Of a DNA stretch of 64,000 nt, positions 35,356 through 49,309 are shown piece by piece (positions within the stretch are counted from its first letter, which is position 1; every line of letters starts with the position of its first letter). Source of the DNA: Leucoraja ocellata (taxonomy: Eukaryota); the NCBI GenBank assembly GCA_036785375.1, contig JAWMAR010000309.1, positions 1 to 64,000 on the forward strand. The letters run 5' to 3'. The translations under genes were made by a program, and so were the position numbers. The notes under the pieces were generated by a model that saw only the letters and a program-made list of their open reading frames with translations, was not told the origin of the DNA and made no database searches.

Positions 35356-38217
35356 TATTTTTATTTTTTTATTTTATTTATTAGAAGTAAGTACAATACA
35401 ATGGTACCTTTTTTCAGGTGCCAAATATATGTTGACATGATACATTCTCTGTACATTGAAACATAGAAAATAGGTGCAGGAGTAGGCCATTCGGGCCTGC
35501 ACCGCCATTCGATATGATCATGGCTGATCATCCAACTCAGTATCCCATCTCCATACCCCATGATCCCTTCTCTCCATACCCCCTGATCCCTTTAGCCACA
35601 AGGGCCACATCTAACTCCCTCTTAAATATAGCCAATGAACTGGCCTCAACTACCTTCTGTGGCAGAGAATTCCACAGATTCACCACTCTTCATTTTTTAT
35701 TTTTTTTCAAAGAAAGAAATGAAAAAGATAATAGAGAGTAGAAGAACGTGTAGTGTGTATAAAAAAGAAAGAGATAGTGAGAAAGAAAAGTAAGAAAGAA
35801 TAAGGAGCAAGAGAGAGATTAGCAAATAGGAGATAGAGATGAGTTTCTATATTGTTGACCATTTTTCACCCAGACCTGAAACAGTTGTTTTTTACGATTC
35901 TGTTGCACCACATGAATTCAAGAAGTCAATAAATAGAGACCAACTCGTTAAGAATTGGTCTGGTTTATCTATTAGGAGGAATCGCATTTCTTCAAGATGT
36001 GCTGTGTCCAACATATTTTTCACACAGAGAGTGGTGAATCTCTGGAACTCTCTGCCACAGAGGGTAGTTGAGGCCAGTTCATTGGCTATATTTAAGAGGG
36101 AGTTAGATGTGGCCAAGGGGATCAGGGGGTATGGAGAGAAGGCAGGTACGGGATACTGAGTTGGATGATCAGCCATGATCATATTGAATGGCGGTGCAGG
36201 CTCGAAGGGCCGAATGGCCTACTCCTGCACCTAATTTCTATGTTTCTATATTCATAATCCACATTTTGAGCGTTGACATGGTTGTATTTTTCCAAAATTT
36301 AAGTATAAGTTTTTTTGCTATTATTAACCCATAATTAAATGAATTTTGGCATGTGTTTAATTTGTTCCCGTCTCCGGATACTCCAAATAAAATCAATTCA
36401 GTATTAGGTTCTATTTTTGTCTTGAATAGATTTGTGAATATATCAAAAATATCACACCAAAATTTATGAAGTTGTATACAGGAAACAAAAGAGTGTGTAA
36501 TATTGGCATTTTGAGATAGACATTTATCACAAATGGGAGAAATATTTGGATAAAAGTTATTCAGCCTAGTTTTTGGGTAATATAGTCTATGTAGTATTTT
36601 GAATTGAATTAAGTTGTGTCTTACATTAATCAAACATTTATGTATATATATCAAATACTTTTCCCATGTTTCTTTCGAGATTTTTATCATTAATTCTCGT
36701 TCCCAGTGCCTCTGTTGATGGTAATTCTCTATTTAAAATACTATTATATAGATATGATATTAATTTTTGTGAGTCAGCCCTAATATTCATTGATTCTTCC
36801 AGTGGGTCTAAAATTATAATTTGAAATCTTTGTATATATTTCTTCATAAAATCACAGATCTGTAAATGTTTAAAGTATTGGTTGTCATTCAGCCTTAATT
36901 TTAATTGTTGGAATGATAACAGATTTCCCATTTCATACATGTCGCCTACCCTTTTAATTCCCATTCTTTCCCATTGTTTGTATGTTTTATCACTATTGGC
37001 GTTAGCACTGATGGGTTTCTTAATTTTAAAGTTAATTTTATTTGTTTCCAAATTCATATTGTATTATGGATAATTGGATTCTTCTTATATATTGTGTTGT
37101 TCAGTTTTATCGGGGAGAAGAGGATCGCTCCTATATCACAAGGAGAACAATCCTCTTTCTCCATCCTTATCCATTTCGTCTGTTGGGGAGAGCTGTCCAA
37201 CCAATAAATTATATTCTTGATATGCACTGCCCAATAATAATAATACAAAAAATTAGGAAGTGAGAGTCCCCCAACATCTTTGGGTTTACACAGATGTTTT
37301 TTTTAATTCTATGTGATCAATAGTCCCAAATAAAGTTGGTAATATTAGAATCTAGTTTTTTTTTAATGTTTTGGTGTGTATATATATATATACACACAAT
37401 CTATATATATATATATAGATTGAAATATGTATAGCATTTGTGGTAAAAAAAATCATTTTTATAGCATTTATTCTGCCTATTAATAACAACGGGAGAGTTT
37501 TCCAGAATTTAATCAAGAGTTTCAATTTATTTAATAATGGCATAAAATTAGCGTTAAATAATGATTTGTGTCTTCTAGTAATTTGAATACCCAAATACTT
37601 AAATTTTTCTGTTGCAATTTTAAAGGGAAATTTTAATAAATGAGTTGCTTCATGAGGCTTTAATGACATAATTTCACTTTTATTCCAGTTTACTCTATAT
37701 CCTGAAAAATACCCGAATTCCTCTATTAAATTTAATAAGGTCGGAATACTCATTTGTGAATTTGTAATATATAAAAGTATATAATCTGCATATAATGAGA
37801 TTTTATTATTTGAGTCTTTAGTATTATATCCCTGAATATTCGGATGAGTTCTTATCCTTTCAGCCAAAGGCTCTATCATAAGGGCAAATAGCAGGGGTGA
37901 TAATACACATTCCTGCTTATTGCCCCTCGTTAATTGGAATTTTGGTGATAACATATTATTAATTAATATTCTTGCCGTCAGTTTATCATATAGTAATTTT
38001 ACCCATATAATGAAATTCTCTCCCATATTTTTGGAGTCTACCTGATCAAATGCTTTCTCTGCATCCAGAGAGACAACTGATATATCTTCTTTTCCCGTTT
38101 TAAGTGAGTACATTATATTAAATAGGCGTCTCAAATTATTAAATGATCATCTTTTAGGTATAAACCCCGTTTGGTCTGGATTTATCAATTTATTAATATA
38201 TTTACTCAATCTTCTTG
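35356..38217 (-). mobile_element. 5'-truncated L1-clade LINE (decayed ORF2) with 14-bp TSD and two nested CR1 tails
   Basis: RT motifs SLDAEKAFDQV, LSPLLFAL and ISLYADY (37352-38134). C-terminal CDKC..HSFVSC knuckle (36238-36690), ORF end at 35892, A-rich tail at 35356. CTTCCATGGACTTT is at 35342-35355 and 38218-38231. Confidence 0.9.
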
Positions 38218-38251
38218 CTTCCATGGACTTTAAACTTTACTTTATCCAGAA

Positions 38252-38557
38252 TCCAGAACAAGGGGTCACAGTTTAAGGATAAAGGGGAAATCTTTTAGGA
38301 CCGAGATGAGGAAAACCTTTTTCACACAGAGAGTGGTGAATCTCTGGAATTCTCTGCCACAGAAGGTAGTTGAGGCCAGTTCATTGGCTGTATTTAAGAG
38401 TTAGATATGGCCCTTGTGGCTAAAGGGATCAGGGGGTATGGAGAGAAGGCAGGAACAGGATACTGAGTTGGATGATCAGCCATGATCATATTGAATGGTG
38501 GTGCAGGCTCGAAGGGCCGAATGGCCTACTCCTGCACCTATTTTCTATGTTTCTATG
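38252..38557 (+). mobile_element. Young CR1-type LINE 3' fragment
   Basis: Near-identical to 18781-19112. Confidence 0.9.
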
Positions 38558-38672
38558 AATGGCCTAATTCTGCTCTTATGAAATATTATAGTATTTTAAA
38601 ATGTCAGTATGCGCACTCTGTGTATGTTGAAATCATGAGGGGAATAAATAGGACAGATGAACAGAGTCTTTC

Positions 38673-39689
38673 GCCTATAAATCCATGCTGACTTTGTCCA
38701 ATGATTTCACCACTTTCCAAATGTGCTGCTATCCCATCTTTAATAACTGACTCTAGCAGTTTCCCCACTACCGATGTTAGACTAACTGGTCTGTAATTCC
38801 CCATTTTCTCTCTCCCTCCCTTCTTAAAAAGTGGGGTTATGTTTGCTACCCGCCAATCCTCAGGAACTACTCCAGAATCTAAAGAGTTTTGAAAGATTAT
38901 TACTAATGCATCCACTATTTCTGGAGCTACTTCCTTAAGTACTCTGGGATGCAGCCTATCTGGCCCTGGGGATTTATCGGCCTTTAATCCATTCGATTTA
39001 CCCAACACCACTTCCCGGCTAACCTGGATTTCACTCAATTCCTCCAACTCCTTTGACCCGTGGTCCCCTGCTATTTCCGGCAAATTATTTATGTCTTCCT
39101 TAGTGAAGACGGAACCAAAGTAGTTATTCAATTGGTCCGCCATATCCTTGTTCCCCATGATCAACTCACCCGTTTCTGACTGCAAGGGACCTACATTTGT
39201 TTTAACTAATCTCTTTCTTTTCACATATCTATAAAAACTTTTGCAGTCAGATTTTATGTTCCCTGCCAGTTTTCTTTCATAATCTATTTTTCCTTTCCTA
39301 ATTAAGCCCTTTGTCCTCCTGCTGGTCTCTGAATTTCTCCCAGTCCTCCGGTATGCTGCTTTTTCTGGCTAATTTGTACGCATCATCCTTCGCTTTGATA
39401 CTATCCCTGATTTCCCTTGTTATCCACGGATGTACTACCTTCCCTGATTTATTCTTTTGCCAAACTGGGATGAACAATTTTTGTAGTTCATCCATGCAGT
39501 CTTTAAATGTCTTCCATTGCATATCCACCGTCAACCCTTTTATAATTAATTGCCAGTCAATCTTGGCCAATTCACGTCTCATACCCTCAAAGTTACCTTT
39601 CTTTAAGTTCAGAACCATTGTTTCTGAATTAACAATGTCACTCTCCATCCTAATGAAGAACTCAACCATATTATGGTCACTCTTGCCCA
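38673..39689 (-). mobile_element. CR1-type LINE internal ORF2 fragment (endonuclease end to RT start), frameshifted
   Basis: GKSDHNMVEF..., LNNYFGSVFTKED, KSPGPDRLHPRVLKE, PEDWRVANITPLFKKG, NYRPVSLTSVVGKLLE, SQHGF. Confidence 0.92.
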
Positions 39690-42600
39690 TGGCTGATCAT
39701 TATTTGTTGTTGGATAGATACAGCGTGAAAACAGATCCTTCAGCCCACCGAGTCCACGCCAATCATCGATCACCCCATCACACTAGATCAATGTTATCCC
39801 AGTTGCTCATCCACTCCCGACATGCTAGGGGCAATTTACAGAGGGTTAATTAACCTACAAACCCGCACGTCTTTGGGATGTGGAAGGAAACTGGACCACC
39901 CGGAGGAAACCCTGGCGGTCACAGAGAGAACAACACAGATACGTAGACAGGATCGAACCAGGTATAGTTTAGTTGAGTTTAGAGATACAACACGGAACAG
40001 GCGCTTCGGCCCACCGGGTCTGTGCCGACCAGTGATCCCAGTACACTAGCATTATCCAACACATTATGGACAATTTACAATTTTTATCGGCTAATTAACC
40101 TACAAACTTGCAAGTTTTTGGAGTGTGGGAGGAAACCAGAGCACCCGGAGAAAACCCACACAGTCATGGGGAGAATGTACAAACTTCGTACAGACGACAC
40201 TTGTAGTGAGGATCGGACCCGGGTCTCTGTCGTTTTGAGGCAGCAGCTCTACCCGCTGCGTCCAGTGTAGCTGGTTCTGTCTATGTTATTGACTGTATCT
40301 GTTGTCAAACTACAATGAAATAGATATGGAGTTAGGGCTTTATAATGAATCTCAGACATGATACATAATTCAAGCAGTCGGTGGCAATGGTATTGTGCAT
40401 GGTTGGAGTCTGTAAGATGTGTTTGATGTTGTGTCAGTATTACCACAAAGCCATCTCTAATGTGAAAAGCATGTGAAGATTAAAAACAAAATCCTGTTTC
40501 ATTTTCCTGACTGCAAAGAGTGATGGACAGATGTACATGAGTACTCCACAGCTTTGTTCTTGAGCAGTCGATATTTGTACACTCACAGCTACATGTTTAC
40601 AGTGGGACAAATAATGTAAGACTCTTCCAGATGGGATGGATTGCCGTTTCCATTCTACAGTACAAGCTTCATGTTTTGAGATAATTCTCTCCAGCTTAGC
40701 CTTTGGTGCCTTTAAATTTCAGTCCAAGATGATATAGTCATAGAGCTCTACAGTACAGGAACAGGCCCTTCGGCCCATAATGTCCATGCCCAGCATGATG
40801 CCAAGTTCAATTTTTTTATATAGAGATCCAGTGCTGAAACAGACCCCTCGGCCCCACTGGAACCGTGGTGACCAGCGATCCCCGCACACTGACATTATCC
40901 CACACACACTTTGGACAATTTACAATTTTACCGAAGCAAATGAATCTACAAACCTGCATGTCTTTGGATTGTGGGAGGAAACCAGGGCACCCGGAGAAAA
41001 CTCACATGGTCATGGGGAGAACATAAAACTCCGTACAGACAGCAGCTGTAGTCAGGATCGAACCCGGGTCTCTTACTCAGTAAGGTAGCACCTCTACCGC
41101 TGTGTTGCATCTCTGAAATCTAAAGTAAAGTCTAAAGATTACATGTCCTACATTACTCTTTTTCTACATAAACTCTTTGTATCTCTATCTCTGTCTAATT
41201 GTCTTTTAAAAGTTGCCATTATGTCCACTTCTATAGCTTCCTCTGGCAGCTCATTCCAGATACAGACTACCATCTGAATGAAAAGTTGCCCCTTTGGTCC
41301 CACCTAAATATTTTTCCATTTTGTTGAATTGGAACAAAATTAAACCATAAACCAAAATTCTTGTTTCCAAGCTGTAACTCTAAACGTTCACCTTAAGCCT
41401 CTACCCTCTAGTTTTAGAGTCTTCTACCATGATGGGGGGGGGAAGGCATTCACTTTATTCATGCCCCTCATGATCTTGTACACTTCACTCCTCAGCCTCC
41501 TATGCTCTAAAGTAAAATATCCCAGCCTGTCTAACCTTTCTCTATAATTCAAGCTCACAATCCAGATTTGGTTTAATTTAGTTTAGATACAACATGGAAA
41601 CAGGCCCTTCGACCCACCAAGTCTATGGCAATCATCGATCACCCGTTCACACTAACTAGCTCTACATTATCCCATCATTTTCTCATCAATCCCTACACAT
41701 TAGGGGCAATTTACAGGGGTCAATTAAACTATACATTGCACATGAACCTGGTGGTCATGGTTTTCAGGCTTTCTGCACCCTTTTCCCAATGATGGGAGAG
41801 AAAAGAGAGCACGGCCAGGGTGGTCAAGGTCTTTGATGATGCCTTCTGTTGACCCCTTTGATGATGGACCCCATGATAGGACAGTTCACCACTCTCCATA
41901 ATCATTCCTGGGTGTTCAAGTTGCCGAACCAGGCCGTGATGCAGTCTGTGTAGGAAGGAACTGCAGATGCTGGTTTACACCGAAGATAGACAAAAAGCTG
42001 GAGTAACTCAGCCGGTTAGACAGCATCTCTGGAGAAAAGAAATGGGTGACGTTTTGAATCGAGACCGTTCTTCTGAATGAGACCCGGGGGAGAGGGAATC
42101 CAGAGATATGAAAAGGTACATAGAACAAATTAATGAAAGATAATACAAAAAGACAGATCAAAGCCAGCAATGATTATCAATGAAAGGTGGAGCCCTCAAT
42201 GGTCTATTGTTGGCTATGGGGAAGGTGACAATGAGTAATACAAACAGTGTAAATGGAGTCTATTGTAAATCCTCCTCCCAATCTGTTTCTGACCAATATT
42301 TATGAGCCAACCTACTGACTGGGTCTCCTCGCACAAGGTGTAGATGCAGATTGCCTTCAGTCGGCATGCAGCATTTATGCGTGTGGCACTCCAGGCTTAT
42401 CCAAATCCATCCACAAATTCATTCTCAATTCAGAATTTTAGCTTTCCACTAATACTTAGGGCTTCAATTGTACAGAGAAGCCTCTTATTTAATACCTCAG
42501 CAAAAGCCTTCTGAAAGCTGCATTTGTATATGTGATAACTGCACAAAATTCGAAAGTCGGTTGCTATATTTATGTTAGTGCCGTATTCATAAATGGAATT

Positions 42601-42730
42601 TCCATTTCTGCATTTTTCTACTATTGTTAGTTTATATGCCCGCTATGCTTGTCATTTATTTGATCATCTTTCACACTGTATGTAGCAATCAATATAATAT
42701 TGCCATGATATAGCAACTTTCAATATAATG

Positions 42731-43036
42731 TTTAGTTTAGAGATACAGCGCAGAAACAGGCCCTTTGGCCCACCGAGTCTGTGCCAACCAGTAATCCCCG
42801 CACATTAACACTAGCCTACACACACTCGGGACAATGTACTTATAACAAGCCAATTTACCTACAAACCTGTACGTCTTTGGTGTGTGGGAGGAAACCAAAG
42901 ATCTCGGAGCAAACCCACGCGGACACGGGGAGAACGTACACTCCGTACAGACAGCATCCGTAGTCCGGATCGAACCCGGGTCTCGTGCGCCGCAAGCGCT
43001 GTAAGGCAGCAATGCTACATCTGCGCCACCGCGCCG
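42731..43036 (-). mobile_element. HE1-like V-SINE, full length
   Basis: Head gcggcgcggtggcgcag, B-box, V-domain and (CTAAA)n tail on the minus strand. Similar minus copies lie at 39715-40265, 40820-41105, 43290-43530 and 48065-48378. Confidence 0.85.
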
Positions 43037-44824
43037 CACTACTTATCATTTTTAAAGCTTCCTTTTTCTAAAGAAAACAGTGAGAATATTTCCCAATCAA
43101 GATGTTTTTAACTGATATACATCGTTGTTATCTTTAAACTCGTCATGTCATAGAGCCATACAGTGAGGAAACAGGCCCTTCGGCCCAACCTGCCCACACC
43201 GACCAACATGTCCCATCTACACTAGTCCCACCTGCCTGCATTTGGTCCATATACCTCTAAACCTGTCCTATCCATGTACATGTCTAAATGTTTAGTTTAG
43301 TTTAGACATACAGCGCGGAAACAGGCCCTTCGGCCCACCGGGTCCGTGCCGACCTGCCATCCACACACATTAACACCATCCTACACACACCAGGGACAAT
43401 TTACCTTTATACCAAGCCAATTAACCTACAAACCTGCACGTCTTTGGAGTGTGGGAGGAAACCGAAGATCTCGGAGAAAACCCACGCAGGTCATGGGGAC
43501 AAAGTGCAAACTCCGTACAGACAGCACTAGTAGTCGGGTGCTTCCAACTTTCAGGTGCAATGTTTCTTAAACGTTGCGATAGTACCTGCCTCAACTATAT
43601 TCTGCACTCTGTATCTTCCCCTTTGCTCTACCTATTATACTAAGTTTGACTTTGTTTATGAGTTTTGGTCTATTATCTGATCTGATTGGATAGCATGCAA
43701 ATCAAAGCTGTACCTTGGTACACATGACAATAATAAACAAGAACCTAAACAAATTTGTACGAAGGAACAGCAGATATTCTTTTTTTCATACGTATAGTTT
43801 TCAATGGGCCCGGTATTCACACCGCCTTTGTGCTGCTCGCTCTCTCCGCTCCTGCAACCGGAAGCTCCCGCCACGTTGGGTGCAACGGGAGCCTTGGTCT
43901 GCTATAACCGAAATCCGATATATAGGTTATATCCGATGTATAGGTTATATCCGTTTGAGGGTTTACAGAATCTGAAGAAGGGTCTCAACCTGAAACGTCA
44001 CCTATTCTTTTTTTCCAGCGATGCTGCCTTACCCGCTGAGTTGCTCCAGCGTTTTGTGTCTATCAGTTATAGAGCGGTCCGTTATTGCAAGGATTTACTG
44101 TATTGGATGAACCACTTTGGTGACGTACACCTAGAGAGAGATTGAAGAGCGTTAATGTTTTTTTTATTAGCTGACATCCGCATAAGGCAGGACTGACTAG
44201 TTCCTGTAAATTGCCCTCCGTCTGAGACGGCTGTCTGGTCCCACTGTCTATCCAATTCCGTATGCTGGAGTAATGTCTTCTTTTGATGAATAGATTGTCA
44301 TAATGACAGTAAATTGCTGCTCCAGCAATGACTTTTTTTCCCCAGACCTTCTTGCAAAGACAACACTACAATTAATGCTGTTACACAAAATTCTTTCTCG
44401 TTCTGGTAAACATAGCTGGAGGCTGGGTAAATTCCACACAATACTACGTATCAAGTGTTGGTTTTAGATTGTGCTCTTTGCGTAAGGAGTATTGGCATCT
44501 GTTACCAGAGTAGATGGGTGTACAGTAGCAACACAATGGAGCAGCGGGTAGAGCCACTGCCTTACCACACCAGAGACCTAGGTTCGTTCCTGTCGGTGTG
44601 TGTGGAGTTTGCATGCTCTCCCAGTGACCACATAGGTTTACTCCTGATGCTCTGGTTTCCTCCCACCTCCCAAAGACGTGCAGGTTTGCTTTTCACAATG
44701 CAAATAGAACTGCAAGTAAAAATGTATTTGTTCTGTTTTGGTGCATATTGACTCTTGAACTAGTGCGAACAGGTGATCGCTGGCCAGTGTGGGGCCCGTT
44801 TCCTTGCTGTATCTCCAAACTAAA

Positions 44825-45197
44825 TAGATACATAGATACGTAGAAAATAGGTGCAGGAGTAGGCCATTCGGCCCTTCGAGCCTGCACCGCCATTCAATAT
44901 GATCATTGCTGATCATCCAACTCGGTATCCCGTACCTGCCTTCTCTCCATACCCCCTGATCCCTTTAGCCACAAGGGCCACATCTAACTAACTACCTCTT
45001 AAATATAGCCAATGAACTGGCCTCAACTACCCTCTGTGGCAGAGTTCCAGAGATTCACCACTCTCTGTGTGAAAAATGTTTTTCTCATCTCGGTCTTAAA
45101 GGATTTCCCCATTATCCTTAAGCTGTGACCCCTTGTCCTGGACTTCCCCAACATCGGGAACAATCTTCCTGCATCTAGCCTGTCCAACCCCTTAAGA
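44825..45197 (-). mobile_element. Young CR1-type LINE 3' fragment
   Basis: Near-identical to 3485-3879. Confidence 0.9.
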
Positions 45198-45639
45198 TTA
45201 AAATGTAAATATCACTCTCTGAATCAGAAGTATTAAAGGAAAGTCCAAAAGCTCAAGAAAATTCCACGCCCTTTGTTTGAAGGTGAGGAGGGCAAGATTT
45301 AACAGGAAACTGAGGGGCAACTTTGATTAGTACAGGTGACAGGAATTATGGGGAGAAGACTGTCAAGTGTCATGCTCGGTATTGGAAAGCAGCCAACAGC
45401 TTAGTCACTGTGTAGTAAGGAACTGCAGATGCTGGTTTACACTGAAGATAGACACAAAATGCTGGAGTAACTCAGCGGGTCAGGCAGCGTCTCTGGAGAA
45501 AAGGAATAGGTGATTTTGGGTCGAGATCCTTCCTCAGACTGAGAGTTAGGGGAGAGGGGAACTAGAAATATGAAGAGGTACAACCGTTTCGGCTCAATAA
45601 CCTTCCTCGGGCTTAGAGAACTTTAGGCCGAAGGACTTG

Positions 45640-46268
45640 TTTCTGTTATTTTTAGTGCGTCTTAATGTATGTTTTAATGTTTTTCGGTATGTCTGATGTG
45701 GGGTGTTGCGGGACGGTGGGGGGGGATATAGGGGGAACCCGTTTTCAGTCACTTACCTCGACGAGTTGCGACTTTTCTTTTTGTCGCATCTTCGCCCCCC
45801 TCACGGCCTAACAGCTGGTTTGGTGCGGCCTCTCCAGACCAGAGACTGGTCCAGAACTTCGGCAGCAGGTGCAGTGCGGACTTACCATCGCAGAGCCTGG
45901 GATCCCTTGCCGGGGATCGCCAGAAGAAGTGCTCCGACCACTGGCGATCTTTAACATCATGAAGCCGCAGTCTCCGGTAAGAAGCGGCCGATTCAAGAAC
46001 TCCAAGCCGCGGAGTGTGTTCTAATCCATCCCGATGTCGGAGTTTCGATCATCCCGACAAGAGGGCTTGTACATCGGGCCGTCCGTAACGGCGACTGCGG
46101 AGGGTCAAGGCTCCGACCACAGGTGAACAAAGGAGGAAGATTGACTGAATTTATCGCCTTCCATCACAGTGAGGAGTGCTGATTCCACTGTATGTCTGTA
46201 TGTTAACTGAAATATCACTGTACCTTAATTTATGCATGTGACAATAAATGTCAACTTGAACTTGAACT
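45640..46268 (+). mobile_element. GC-rich non-coding retroelement-like repeat with Rex/Babar-type tail
   Basis: Homologous in reverse to 50690-52355. Ends gtaccttaatt..atgtgacaataaa..(CTTGAA)n. Confidence 0.65.
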
Positions 46269-46739
46269 CTGTCTCTAAACTAAACTAACTGCTGTGAATT
46301 TGGTGTTTGAACCGATTTGGGTGGAAGTTAAATCGTGTTCTTCAAAGTGAAAGTTGAGTCGCTGCAGAAATGTAATCCTCCTGACTGAAACTTGATCCCA
46401 GGCTCAGTTTAATTCAAACCCATCTGTCCTTAAAGGCAGAAAGAGCCGAGATATTTCAGTCAGCATTATTCTAATCCCAGCTGTGATGCATAATGCTGTA
46501 AGACATTGCTGATGAAGCAAATGAACCTTAACCATTAACCTGTTTCATTTGCAGATGCTGATTGAGTATTATTTGACTTACATGATTTTCTGCTTCTGTT
46601 TCAAGCTTACAATTTTTACTTTTGTTTAATGAAGATAATGGAGAATAGATAGGGTGAATCAGTGAGCCAAAGGACCTGTTTCCACATTGCATCTCTAAAC
46701 TAAACTAAGAACTAAACAACAAGGTGGTGACCCTCATAA

Positions 46740-47495
46740 ATTCAAGGAGCAGAACTACGCCATTGACCCATCAAATCTACTCCACCATTCAATCATGGCT
46801 GATCTATCTTTCCCTCTCAACCCCATTCCCCTGCCTTCTCCTCATAACCTCTGACACACGTACTAATCAAGAAATGTATCAATCGCCACCTTAAAAATAT
46901 GCATCGACTTGGTCTACACAGCCATCTGTGGCAATTAATTCAACCAGATTCACCACCCTTTGATTAAAGAAAATGCTCCTTGTCTCCTTTCTAAAGGTAC
47001 GTCCTTTTATTGTGAGACCATGGCCTATGTTCCTTGACTCTCCCACTAGTGGAAACATCCACTCCACATCCACTCTATCCAGGCCCTTCACGATTTGGTA
47101 AGTTTCAATGAGGTGTCCCCTCATCCTTCTAAACTCCAGCGAGTACAGGCCCAATGCCTTTCAAATGCTTCTCGTACATGAATCCAATCATTCCTGGGAT
47201 CATTCTCGTAAACCCCCTCTTGTCCCTCTCCATCGCCAGCACATACTTCCTCAGATACGGGGCCCAAAACTGCTCACAAATGTGGTCTGGCCAGTACTTT
47301 TTAAAGCCTCGGCGTTACAATCCTGTTTTTTTTTTGTATTCTAGCCCTCTTAAAATAAATGCTAATGTTGCATTTGCCTTCCATAATTCAACTTGCAAGT
47401 TCATTTTTTGGGAATCCTGCATCCCTAGGTTCCTATGCACCTCAGATTCCTGAATTCTTTCCCCATTTAGAAAATAGTCTATGCCTTTATTCCTT
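46740..47495 (-). mobile_element. CR1-type LINE 3' fragment
   Basis: GLYSLEFRRMRGHLIETYQIVKGLDRVDVEWMFPLVGESR. Confidence 0.85.
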
Positions 47496-48689
47496 GGGGA
47501 TGGGGCAAGGGGTGAGGAATGTACAGGTAGAAAAAATAAAATAAAGAATTGAGACCATTGAAGTGAAAATATTTATGGATATTTATTACCATCTCCTTTG
47601 CACCGAGGCAGATGCATCGCACATTTCACTGGTTTATGAAACGGCGATTTATCTCCATTCTAAATTGATTTGAAAATCCATTGAAACCTGGAACCGGCTG
47701 TAATGTAATGTATGTAACAGAATGATGCTTTTGTACAGACTCCAATTATTTGAAAGCCCAGATTTCCTAAGCTCATTAAAGATTGTGTTTCCTACACAAA
47801 GAAATAAACAATCAGTTCTATATTGTTTTATAGAATAATTTGAAATCCTTTTAAATGTATTTGTCATACATTAATAGGTAAATAAATAAATGCCATTGTC
47901 AGTGTATGTGGAGATTAAGTAATTTATTCAATGCCATCCCCTTAATTTGCACCGTTTGCCATTGGTGATTTGTGTGCACTGTGCCAACTGGTATAACGGC
48001 GCATCATGCAAAAATGAAAACGGTATCCAGGGTTGGAACTTTCACCAGTCAGTGAAGAGTCATGTTTAGTGTAGAGATACATCATGGAAACAGGCCCTTT
48101 GGCCCATTGAGTCCACGCCGACCATTGATCACCCCTTCACACTAGTTCTGTTATCCCACTTTCTCACCCACTCCCTACACACTTAGGGTAATTTACAGAG
48201 CGCAAATTAACCGACAAACCTCACGCGCCTTTGGGATGTGGGAGGAAATTGGAGCACCACAGAGCGGGCAAAGGGAGAACATGCAAACTGTACTCGCAGA
48301 CAGCAACCAAGGTCAGGATCGAACCCGGGTCTCTCACGCTGTGAGGCAATGGCTCTACCCGGTGCGCCACTGTGCCACTGTTGTCCCGTGTAACTGGAGG
48401 AACGAAACCCATTATTAGAAACAAAGAAGCATAGAAAATAGGTGCATCAGGCCATTTGGCCCTTCAAGCCAGCACTGCCATTCAATGTGATCATGGCTGA
48501 TCATCCACAATCAGTAACCGGTACCTGCCTTCTCCCCATATCCCTTGATTCTGCTAGCCCCTTGAGCTCTATCTAACTCTCTTTCAAATCCATTAAAGGC
48601 CTCCACTGCATTCGGTGACAGAGAATTCCACAAGTGCACAATTCTCTGGGTGAAAAATATATATTTTTTCTCATCTCAGTTTTAAATGG

Positions 48690-48721
<32 letters not shown>

Positions 48722-49262
48722 CTCGCAGGCTCAGCTAGAGAGGGGGCAGGAGCAGAGGGAGGGCGGGGGCGGCAGAGTGGGAGGGGGTAGAGTTTGAGGG
48801 GTGGGAAGGGGACATGCAGCGTCACAGGGGAGGGCTGGTTCTCGAACGCAATATTCCCTCATTCCTGCTCCAGGCGCCAGAGCGAGGCCAGGGAGTGGAG
48901 AGATTGTTCAGCTTTGGTCTTCAGTCCACAGCCTGACTTGCTCGTTCTTTGTGTGTCTCTTTTGAGTAACGAGGTGGGGGGGACTTCACTCGCTGCACTT
49001 GGAAGAAGGGCAGGCACGGAGATCCATTGTGACGTCATCAGCGAGAGACAGACGTTTTTTTCAGATTTTTGTACATTTTCATTAATAACTGGAGAAATAA
49101 AGGATGAATTTTTCAGATAAGGCGATTTTGGACTCCAGGGGGAATATCTCCACTGGAACATGCAAAAGTGTAATCATTAGCGCGTCATTTTTTCAAGAAG
49201 ATGTGATTATACACAAACAAATAAACACACATCCAAGATCAGAGGTTTAAGCATATAAGATA
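48690..49262 (-). mobile_element. Second copy of the Helitron-like non-autonomous repeat, ending in (CA)n
   Basis: Reverse start TCTTATATGCTTAAACCTCTGATCTTGGATGTGTGT. (CA)n is at 48690-48720. Confidence 0.4.
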
Positions 49263-49309
49263 TGTTTCTATAAGACCCCCTCTCTGCAAATTTGCTAGTG
49301 TCACTTTTA

